Source: Chiloscyllium plagiosum (taxonomy: Eukaryota). Taken from it: a stretch of DNA of 47,372 nt. A program made the translations under genes and the position numbers. This document shows, piece after piece, positions 37,937 to 47,372 of the stretch. Position 1 is the stretch's first letter; the number at the start of each line of letters is the position of its first letter. Under the pieces are notes generated by a model, which did no database searches, was not told the DNA's origin, and saw only the letters and a list, made by a program, of their open reading frames with translations. The DNA is taken from assembly GCF_004010195.1 (NCBI RefSeq), contig NC_057718.1, forward strand, positions 3,978,417-4,025,788. Reading direction: 5' to 3'.

Positions 37937-38520
37937 AAAAAAATCTGGAATGTTGTCTCCACTCTCCTTTCCTGTTTCTAAAATTTCTGCCCTTCTAAAA
38001 GAATCTCAACAGTACAAACCTATATTCAAAAGTGTCTGTTCTTTTTAATCATTCCAAATTACAGAAATGATATATTTTACATACTATTTATCACCACAAA
38101 AGAGGAGGTAAGGAGAAATGTTTTCCCTGGACAGAGTTGATAGGGTCTGGAACACACTCCCTGAAAAACTGTTTGAAGCTGATTCCATAACAAATGTGAA
38201 GAGGGATTTGGGCAGGTATTTGAGGATGAAGGATGTAGAGGGTCACTGATAAAGAGCAGGGCTGTTGGGTTAAGCACAATAACTCTTTAAAAGATCTAAT
38301 GTGGGTGTGATTGGAAGATGGTGCTCTGTCTGTGCTGAGTTTGTCTGATTGACATGATGAACGTTATAACGGAGAGCAGTGTCCAGGATTCCCACCAGCT
38401 ACCTTCCTCTAAAACTGCCCAAAGTCACACTGGCATTTTCCCCTCACCATTTTCCCAGTTGAAAGAGCTCGATTGTGACTTGGCTCCATTCTGAAGAGAT
38501 TTCATTCTGCTTTCTTTCAG

Positions 38521-38564
38521 ATCGAACATGGAGCAGTGAGCAAGCAGCAGTTCCTCCTGTTGTG
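38521..38564 (+). CDS. Cytoplasmic exon 2 (spacer)
   Basis: tgctttctttcag|AT CGA..GTG|gtaagg, 44 nt, phase 1 in / 0 out. Encodes DRTWSSEQAAVPPVV and supplies exactly the phase change needed between the flanking exons. Confidence 0.75.
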
Positions 38565-39229
38565 GTAAGGAAATGGGACACCTCTGTTGGTTTTTGCTGC
38601 ATTTTGAGAAACAGAAGCCACATCCGGGAAGACCTTCAGTATCACCAGAATGATAACAAATCATAACTTGTAACACACAGAAGGTCTCTGTTCCACAATG
38701 GGTTCTGGCTGTAACTAATCAAAGAGCAAACAATCATTTCCTTCTTTTTAATCTTGGGACAAGTTGCCTGGACAGAAATGTCCACAATGTTCCAGTGCCT
38801 GGGAAATGCTCTCACATTTTGTGGGATTACCATCACAGACAGAATGCCCTGGGGTCTATGTTCCTCCTAATGGATTGTTCAGGTGCAGGGGGACCCTCTG
38901 AGGGCTGAAATTAAGAAGGGGGAATGAGCCAGTACCTTTTGCCTGTGATTCAATCTCAATTCCAACTTCCTTCGCCATCCCCAATGTTCTTCATTCCCTC
39001 AATATCCAACTGATTGCTGTCTGGTGTCTGTGAGGAGCTGAAACCCATAACAAGCCCTGGGTCAGGAAGATTCAATCCCTGCTCTGCTCCAACTGAGCTG
39101 ACTGCAGTCAGGGGAGAGAGGAGTTTGGTTTCATTGACCTCAGCACCTGAGATTAAGAAAGGAGGATGAGCCAGTGTTCCAGCTTTTCCCTCCTGAATCA
39201 TGATCCCGACATCCTTGGATACCAGCCAG

Positions 39230-39560
39230 GGTTCAGTAGGAACTCTCTTGCTGCTCACTCAGATGGATGTCGATTCAAGCCTCAGTCACAGATTTGAGCA
39301 CAGATTTTGGGCTGATCCTCCAGGACAGTACTGAGGGAGTGCTGCTCAGTAAAAGCTGCCCCTCTTTTGGGCGAGGAGTGAAATCTGGATCCTCTCTGCG
39401 CCTTGGATGGATGTAAAACATCCTGGGCATTACTTTGGCAGACAGCAGAGAGGTTTTGCTGCACTCCCTGGGTGATGAGTGTCCATTCCCCAACATTCAC
39501 CAAAACAGACCATCTGCTCAGCGTTGCTGCTGGGATCTTACTGTGTACAAATGAGCACCT
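39230..39560 (+). mobile_element. Ancient Deu-domain SINE (SacSINE1/AmnSINE1-like)
   Basis: cagtactgagggagtgctgc, gatgtaaaa.atcc and gggatctt.ctgtg..caaat blocks, recalled as Deu-domain hallmarks. Confidence 0.55.
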
Positions 39561-39609
39561 CCTGGTGCCTGTGAGGAAATTACTGAGTGATGTTTGTGTT
39601 CGATTCCAG

Positions 39610-39732
39610 GTGGCTGAAGGGGAATGTCATTATGCTGAGCTTCACTTTCACCGACAAGGAAGCAGCCAGCCGTCAGTGACAGCTGCTGAAAGGATCTCGG
39701 AGTACGCAGTTATAAAACGGGCAAGAAACTGA
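39610..39732 (+). CDS. Terminal cytoplasmic exon with tandem ITIM-like/ITSM-like motifs
   Basis: gttcgattccag| phase 0. Encodes VAEGECHYAELHFHRQGSSQPSVTAAERISEYAVIKRARN-stop, with the two tyrosines 24 aa apart. Confidence 0.85.
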   Translation: MAEGECHYAELHFHRQGSSQPSVTAAERISEYAVIKRARN

Positions 39733-39870
39733 AGTTCAGCAGGACCCTTTCACTCTGCAGCAAGGAGCAGTCGAGAGCAGTTCACTCAAACAGAATCATC
39801 TCGGTTTCTTCTTCACATTCACACATATTCAGGCTTCCTCACCAATAATTGTTCCATGTCCATATATTTC

Positions 39871-40050
39871 CAGACCCTGAGATTACTGGGCACTCAGACC
39901 TTCTCAAACCCTGAGATTACTGGGCACGCAGACCCTCTCAAACCCTGAGATTACTGCACACTCCGGCCCTCCCAGACCCTGAGATTACAGGGCACTCTGA
40001 CCCTCCCAGACCCTGAGATTACTGAGCACTCTGATCGTCCCGAACCCTGA
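39871..40050 (+). repeat. 34-bp minisatellite, ~5.3 copies, downstream of the receptor stop codon
   Basis: Units start at 39871, 39905, 39939, 39973, 40007 and 40041. Consensus cagaccctgagattactgggcactcagaccctc(c/t). Confidence 0.95.
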
Positions 40051-40995
40051 TAGAACCTGGAACAGTACAGCGTATGAATGGGCCCTTTGGCCCACGATGT
40101 TGTGCTGAACATTACACCAAATGAAACTAATCCCTTCTGTGTGCCCGTGGTCCATATCCCTCCATCCTTGAATATTCATGTGGCTTGTTTAAGCACCCCG
40201 ATTGTAACTGGCTCCACCATTACCCCGGCAATGCATTCCAGCCTCCTCCCACTCTCTGTGTAAAATACCTGCCTCTCAAATCTCCTGGGAACTTTCCCTC
40301 TCTCATCTTAAACGCATACCCCATCGTATTCGACATTTCAACTCTGGGAAAAGGATTCTGACCATCAATCATATCTATGCATCTCATTGTCTTATGGACT
40401 TCTATCAAGCCTCTCCTCAGCCTCTGCTGCTCCAGAGAAAACAACCCAAGTTTTTCTAGCCTCTCCTTATGGCTCATACCCTCTACTTCAGGCAGCATCC
40501 TGGTAAACCTCTTCTGCACCCTCTCCAAATCCTTCACATCGTTCCTGTAATGTAGAAATCAGAATTGAACACAATACTCTAAGTGTGGCCTAACCAAAGT
40601 CTTATAAAGTGGCAACATGACACCCTGACTCTCATACTCAATTCCCTGACCTAGTAAACACAAGCATGCATGTGCTTTCTGTACAATCCTATCTACTGTG
40701 TAACTACTTTCAGGGAGCTGTGAACTTGAATCCCAAGTCTCTCTCAACATCAATGTTTTTCAAGATCCTACCATTAACTGTATACTTTTCCTGAACATTT
40801 GATCTCCCAAAGTGCAGACCTCACACTTACTTGGATAATACACCATCTGCCATTTCTCCACCCATGCCAGTAACTGATCTACATCCCGCTGTATCCTTTG
40901 CCAACCTTCTATCCTATCCACAACTCCACTGATCTTTGTATCACCTGCAAATGTACTAACCCACCTATCTACATTTTGATCAAAGTCATTTATAT
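40051..40995 (-). mobile_element. CR1 LINE 3' part, cut by an LTR element
   Basis: LVRPHLEYCVQF and LERVQKRFTRMLP motifs. Confidence 0.9.
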
Positions 40996-41614
40996 TGTTA
41001 TAAAGCAGAGGTTAACCCTTCCCACCCACCCCACCGAGAACTAAAACTAAAACACCCCAAAAGGAGCACCTTACCTTATAATCTGTTTAAGGAGGGGGGA
41101 AAGTGGTGTAACCTGCCTTTCAGCAACTTCTAGTTATTAAATAAATTAAACCTCTGACACTCACTTCGCAATTAATATATGACAATTTATTTATGTAACT
41201 CTAACAGTGAACAAATTAACTAAATTATTAATAAGCCAAATAAACTCCTTCTAACTACTAACTAGTCCCAAATAAAACAAGATTCTTGCAGTATGCTGTT
41301 CCAATAAATACAAATCCCACTCATATAACAGAAAATAGCATTTAGAACATTATAGCCTGGTTACATGTCTTCTGGAATCTTTTGTGCTTTCACAATCAAG
41401 TCTCCTGTCAAGAATATTAACTAGCTGTATTGTTAGCATGGTTGTTATTCAGACGGTGTTTTCTCTAAGACATAGAGGAGGCTGTGAGTGCCCATAATTC
41501 TCTCTCAACAGCTAGGGGGCATTAGCTCTAGCAAGTGGCAGTTTTCTCTGGGATCTTTGTCCAACTACTCTCTTCTTTTATACCCATAATGACATATCAA
41601 TATTTCTTACATAG

Positions 41615-42356
41615 TGTTACGATACGGGTAAACCCCTCTGCTACAATCAACCAGCAACTCAAAAAGATTCATCCCATGCTGTAATCTGTTAAAATTCGAG
41701 AGGCAAAGAACTATCCCAAAAGTCACTATTTAAAGTAACAAAAAACAACTTTTTTAAGTCTAACAGATAATGATTACCTAACAACTATTTATAATTCCTT
41801 TTTCTAAACCTATCTTTTACTTTCCCCTCTACAATACAGGTCCAATAAAAATCCCAATTATGATTTCCAAAAAGAAGATCATGTTTCAAAACCAGTCAGC
41901 TTTGCTGGGTGTCCTCTGCAGATTTTCCTCTGTCTTCTTTTCTGCTTCTTAAGTATTTTGCTGCACAGGTCATTGATAGATAAAGGTACCTTTAAGAGAG
42001 CATATGTTTCTGTTAGCAGTCTCTCTAGTTGTTGGTGCTAGCTCCTCTTTGCCGCTTTGGGTAACTGTTCAAAATGTCTGATATGCATACCCCAAAACAT
42101 TGAATCATTTCATTGGTTTAGTGTTGTCAAAACAGTATTTTTTTTTTTCAAATTTGATTGGATTTTGGTAACTTGGGGTATAATTTAAACTGATTGGCCA
42201 AAGTTCGAATTTGGTTTTGTATCCTGGCAACACAGGTCTTAGCTGTTTCAACCAAATGTTATATTGTTTCCTTGTTCTGAACTCTCTATGCTTCTCTAAA
42301 TCCTTGGCAGCTTTTCAACACTTTTAAAGGTAAAGTACCCTTACACCTTCATAACA
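41615..42356. mobile_element. Solo LTR nested in the 3' LTR
   Basis: TGTTA...TAACA termini flanked by an imperfect 4-bp TSD (ATAG/ATAA). Confidence 0.7.
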
Positions 42357-42757
42357 ATAAGTTTGGTCCTATGTTGCCAAAACCATCATATTTAAATTTA
42401 ATAGGGTTTTAGAATCAGAATGGAAGTGAGGACTGAAGATGCTGGAGATCAGAGTCAAAAAGTGTGGCACTGGAAAAGCACAACTGGTCAGGCAGCATCC
42501 AAGGAGCTGGAGAGTTGATGTTTCAAGCATTCCTGATGAAGGGCTTATGCCTGAAACATCGACTCTCCTGCTCCTTGGATGCTCCCTGACCTGCTGTGTC
42601 TCACATTTTTGACTTTTGATATCTAAACACTGTAATCTAATCTAATCTAATCTAATCTAAAAAAAAAAGGGCTTATGCCTGAAACATCGACTCTCCTGCT
42701 CCTTGGATGCTCCCTGACCTGCTGTGTCTCACATTTTTGACTTTTGATATCTAAGTA

Positions 42758-43097
42758 CAGGTACGCAATCCATTATCCGTCCCTTTGGGGCCAGCTGGTT
42801 TTCGGATTTCAGATTTTTTTAAAATTTTGGAATAAGTGACAGTTTCACTCTGAAATTTAAAAAAAACTGAACAGCAGACACACCTGGGTACTACATGCGC
42901 TGAGACAGAATTGACACCTGGCAGTGCTGGGTCACTTCACCATGTCACATCTGAGTGATGTGGGTCAAGTGGGTGTGGAGTTGGGTTAACCGTTTGCACA
43001 CCAAACAAACTTGTTATGGAGAAAAAATCTTCACAAAAGACTTCGGATTTTGGAGCTTTTCGGATTTCAGAATTTCAGATAAAGCATCATCCACCTG
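42758..43097. mobile_element. Tc1/mariner-type MITE
   Basis: TA-CAGGT...ACCTG-TA with imperfect TIRs and internal ttcggatttc repeats. Confidence 0.65.
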
Positions 43098-44667
43098 TAT
43101 CAGGTTCAAACTGATTGGCTAAACTCAAAAGACTGTTGTCTGAATAAAACCTGCTGCTTGGTCTGCTAATTGTATGGGCTTTCAATACAAATCTTTAAAT
43201 GTGGGTTCTCTGTGCACTAGCAAACGTTCAAGCTGTCGTTCACAGACATCCATTGTAAATCTCTAAACACAGAAAAACACTATCTTTTAAAGGGACCATG
43301 AGATGCTTCCTCTCCCACCTAGCATTTTACAAACACCAAATTCTAACCTCCTGCTTCCCAATCTACAAGTATTCTACAAAACTTTGTAACACCTTGCCCC
43401 TGAAGAAAAAAATGAACCATCATAATAAAAATATGTCTTCATTATTTTTCTTTTTTTTAAACTTCTTTTTCTTCTTTTTAATCTATTATTACTGGATCCA
43501 TAGCTTATTAATCTAGAGTTATGCATATTATACGAATTCTGCTTGTACAAAATATTGAATACTACCATTTCTACCGAATATAAGAATTTTCCTTTTAAAC
43601 TCATGTTAAAGTGTCTGTGATAATATTTTCACAATATGTACAATCTGTAAATTAAATATTTGTAGCATGAGACGCTAACAAAGTAATCTTTCCAGAAATG
43701 TCAAAAGGCTGTGATCAGTATCCGTAATTATCTCTGTTACACTGTTGGCAAAGTAAACATTAAAATGTTGTGAGGCCAATATCAAACTCAATAACTCCAT
43801 TTCAATGGTGAATGTTGTTTTTCTGGTGGATATTGAGTTTTTTCGAAAAATAACTAATTGGCATTGCTATTTCACAATCATCCTCCTGTAAGAACACAGC
43901 TTCAGCACCAACATCGCTTGTGTCGATGGTGACTTTGAAGGGTTTAAAAAAATTTGCTGTGGCTAAAACTGGTGCTGTGGTTAATAGTGCTTTTAAATTC
44001 TCAAACACCTCCAGGCATTGTTCTGTCCACTGCAATTTCAGGTTCTTTTTTTAACAAATCTGCCAATGGTGCCACTATGCTATTAAAGTTTGTACAAATT
44101 TCAATCCCAAATATCGGAGCACTTTGTTCTGTGAAGATGGCATTGGAAATTCCTCAATGGCCTTCATCTTCACAGTTCTTGATGTCATCCATCCATGACC
44201 AATTTGTGAACTGAGAATGCCTGTTTTTATCAAGTTTCTGACCAGTTTTGCCTGTTGTAGTCTCTGAAAGATCTCTGCCAAATGCTCCATGTGATCTTTT
44301 CACGCATGGCTAAAGAGTCCTACATCATCCATGTAGATGGCACAATTCGTCAATCCTGCAACAGTTTTGTTCATCTGTCTTTGAAAAGTGATTGGCGCGT
44401 GTTTCATTCCAAATGGCATCAATTTAAATTGAAATAGCCCATTTAGGGTTATAAAAGCAGAAACTTCTTTTCCTCGCTCCAATAAAAGTACTTGCCAGTA
44501 ACTACGAAATAAGTCCAACTTTGTGATGTAAGTGGCTTGTCCTACTTTGCCAATACAATCTGCCAGCCTTGGAATTGAATAGGAGTTTGATTTGTCACAG
44601 TGTTGACATTCCAATAATCTATGCAGATTCTTTGATTACAATCACGTTTGGGAACTAACATAACAAG

Positions 44668-44927
44668 GATTTCAGTGAGTCCCTCTCTCACTGCACACCC
44701 CGGGTTATCTCCTCTGCACAGAAGCTCTTCAGATCACCCTCACCTTAACCTCCTTCCACCTATCGCATTTCTAACGCCCCTCCCCCAAGTCCCTCCTCCC
44801 TAGCTTTTATCTTAGCCTGCTTGGCACACTTTCCTCATTCCTGAAGAAGGGCTCATGCCCGAAACGTCGATTCTCCTGCTCCTTGGATGCTGCCTGACCT
44901 GCTGCGCTTTTCCAGCAACACATTTTA
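44668..44927 (+). mobile_element. Penelope-like terminal-repeat fragment
   Basis: Reverse-complement homologue of 46965-47160. Confidence 0.75.
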
Positions 44928-45856
44928 ATTTTGGCTCCTGCATCTATCAATATATCAACTTTTTTATCTTCTCCCCTGTTCTACTTGCATGAATCTTACC
45001 CACATAAGTGAAGTCTTTGAAAGGATCGTGTGTGTGATCTCATTATCCAGCCAGTAACTAAGCTGTGCACTCTACTGCACTTTCTCGATGTCTCTTAGGA
45101 TTTCTTTCACTGCCTTAATGAATTCTATTGGATTAGCCCTTTTTAACACATGCTTTTTCCTAGTGCCTTTCTTAAACCCCCAGCTCTGTGACTTTGTGTG
45201 TCCCACCTTATTGCAGTGAAAACACTTGAGGTCTTTCACCTCTTTTCCACCCTCTTGGATTTCTTTTCCACCATCTTGGATCTGCCATCCCTGCAGCTCT
45301 TCTTGCTGCTTGAATGTTCAGTTCCTCAACATGAGTTCTTACCACTTTTGGAAGTGAGTTTTTAAACACGTCCAGCAGAATAATCTCTCTAAGAGCCTCA
45401 GATGTCTTTGCTATCTTTAATGCTCTCATCCATCTATCAACGTTGTTCTGTTTAATTCTTTCAAACTCAATATTGAGTCATAGAGGTGCAAAGCACGGAA
45501 GTAGACCCTTCGGTCCAACTCGTCCATGCCAACCAGGTATTGAATTGAATTTATTGTTACAACAGGTACATGCGAATGTTAAGAGTTTGTGAGTCCATTC
45601 AGTATTCTAACAACAGTAGGGTAGAAACTGATTCGAAACCGGCTGGTGCATGTGTTCAGGCTTCTGTACCTTCTCCCTGATGGTAAAGGTTGTAGAAAAA
45701 CATTGCCAGGGTGGGATGGATCTTTGAGAATGCTGGCGGCCTTTCCTTGACAGCGGGCCTTGTAGATGGATTCTATAGATGTGCATCAATTCAATTCAAT
45801 TCTGTTTCTGTTTTTCTAAATTTCCTTGGCAAATTTGTGAAGCTCAAAGTTTGTGC

Positions 45857-46197
45857 GAAGATTTGTAGCTCGGGTGCTCCTTGTTGTGGTTCTGTTCGCC
45901 GAGCTGGAAGTTTTTGTTGTAAACGTTTCGTCCCCTGGCTAGGCGACATCATCAGTGCTTGGGAGCCTCCTGCGAAGCGCTTCTTTGATGTTTCCTCCGG
46001 TGTTTAACTACTATCATAGGGCAAGCTCCCAGTCGACTGACAACCGGAAGCGGCAGGGACAGACCACTATAAACACCGGAGGAAACATCAAAGAAGCGCT
46101 TCGCAGGAGGCTCTCAAGCACTGATGATGTCGCCTAGCCAGGGGACGAAACGTTTGCAACAAAAACTTCCAGCTCGGCGAACAGAACCACAACAAAT
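45857..46197. mobile_element. Penelope-like fragment with ~125-bp inverted arms
   Basis: 45881-46005 is the near-exact reverse complement of 46071-46195. Confidence 0.78.
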
Positions 46198-46962
46198 TTG
46201 TGAAGCATTTTCGACCCCCCCCCCCACCCCAAAACCTCTTTAGCAATGCTTAGAGCCATTTCCCCACTTTTGATTTAACCAATAACAAGCAACTGAATTT
46301 AAACAGATTTTCCACATCTCACTTCAGTTTTATTTAAAGATCTAGGAGATGAGGCCCCACATCTGATTAAATCTGCTGAGACCTTTCATATCCTAAATCT
46401 ATCCAATCTGTCCCAGACCATGAGCCCGCAATCTGTTATAAAGCAGAGGTCGACCCCACTCTGAGAACTAAAATCGAAACACCCGAAGAGGAGCACCTCG
46501 CCCTATAATCTGTAAAAGGAGGGTGGAAAGTGATGTAATCTGCCTTTCAGCAACTTCTTGTGGTCAAATAAATTCAATCCGTGACACTCACTTTAAAATC
46601 AACAAATAACAATTTATTTATTAAACACTAGCAGTGAACAAATTACCTAAACTATTAACAAGCCAAATAAATCCCTTCTAACTACTAACTATTCCCGAAT
46701 AAAATAAAATGCTAATTAATGATGTTCCAATAAATATTCATATAATAAAAAATAGCATTTAAGTCTCTCGATATTACAGCCAGGTTACGTTTCTTCCGGA
46801 ATGTTCGGGGTACTCTTCATCAATTTTTCTGTCAGGAATATTAGTGAGTTAGTACGATTGTTACTTAGATGGTGCTTTCTCTAAGACATAGAGGAGGCTG
46901 TGAGAGCCAGTGATTCTCTCTCGAGGGCTCAGGGCTGTTAGCTCTGGCAGATGGCAGCTACT

Positions 46963-47372
46963 GCTGAAAATGTGTTGCTGGAAAAGCGCAGCAGGTCAGG
47001 CAGCATCCAGGGAACAGGAGAATCGACGTTTCGGGCATAAGCCCTTCTTCAGGAATGAGGAAAGTTTGTCCAGCAGGCTAAGATAAAAGGTAGGGAGGAG
47101 GGACTTGGGGGATGGGGCGTCGGAAATGTGATAGGTGGAAAGAGGTCAAGGTGAGGGTGATAGGTCAGACTGGGGTGGGGGCGGAGAGGTCGGGAAGAAG
47201 ATTGCAGGTTAGGAAGGCGGTGCTGAATTTGATGGATTTGACTGAGACAGGCTGGGGGGAGGGAAAATGAGGAAACTGGTGAAATCCGAGTTCATCCCAG
47301 GATTTCACCAGTTTCCTCATTTCCCCTCCCACCACCCTGTCTCAGTCAAATCCATCAAATTCAGCACCACCT
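46963..47372 (-). mobile_element. Penelope-like element end with a local inversion
   Basis: Terminal-repeat family sequence. 47218-47290 and 47300-47372 are inverted copies. Confidence 0.75.

Larger units (their letters stand above)
40996..46962 (-). mobile_element. Decayed Gmr1-like Gypsy LTR retrotransposon with both LTRs (5' LTR probably extends past the window)
   Basis: Homologous LTR blocks start at 40996 and 46434 (tgttataaagcagaggt..). A degenerate tRNA-Pro-like PBS lies just inside 46434. Internal pieces: gag (45208-45429), RT with YMDD (44300-44614) and RNase H with DTSDVG (43802-44035). A purine tract sits near 43305-43320. Confidence 0.85.

Noticed and set aside
26960-39732. Assigning a gene symbol such as PDCD1, BTLA, SIRPA, NCR3 or IGLV
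   Set aside because: The tail motifs are generic to many inhibitory receptors and orthology cannot be shown without phylogeny and synteny.
39871-40050. Regularly spaced repeats resembling a CRISPR array
   Set aside because: The whole 34-bp unit repeats with no unique spacers, there are no cas genes and the context is vertebrate: a minisatellite.

Overview
Eukaryotic, repeat-rich vertebrate DNA, almost certainly a cartilaginous fish (shark): it carries HER1-like CR1 LINEs, HE1/V-SINEs, Deu-domain SINEs, Penelope fragments and Gmr1-type Gypsy LTR relics. Most long ORFs in the six-frame track are transposon debris. Spliced across this debris on the + strand is an immunoglobulin-superfamily receptor cluster. 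Four exons each encode a germline-joined, antigen-receptor-like V-J domain with no RSS: V1 13459-13791 (pseudo-exon), V2 20659-21003, V3 22851-23195 and V4 27241-27588. V4 can be assembled by hand, with GT-AG junctions and matching codon phases, into a complete 251-aa inhibitory receptor. Its exons are leader 26960-27005, VJ 27241-27588, TM 28129-28279 and cytoplasmic 34479-34522, 38521-38564 and 39610-39732, carrying three tyrosine motifs (IVYATV, CHYAEL, SEYAVI). V1-V3 are related phase-1/1 cassettes from local duplication. They are either extra domains of this receptor or part of an upstream paralogue whose leader was not found. All gene models are manual predictions without expression data, and family assignments come from recalled motifs, not database searches.
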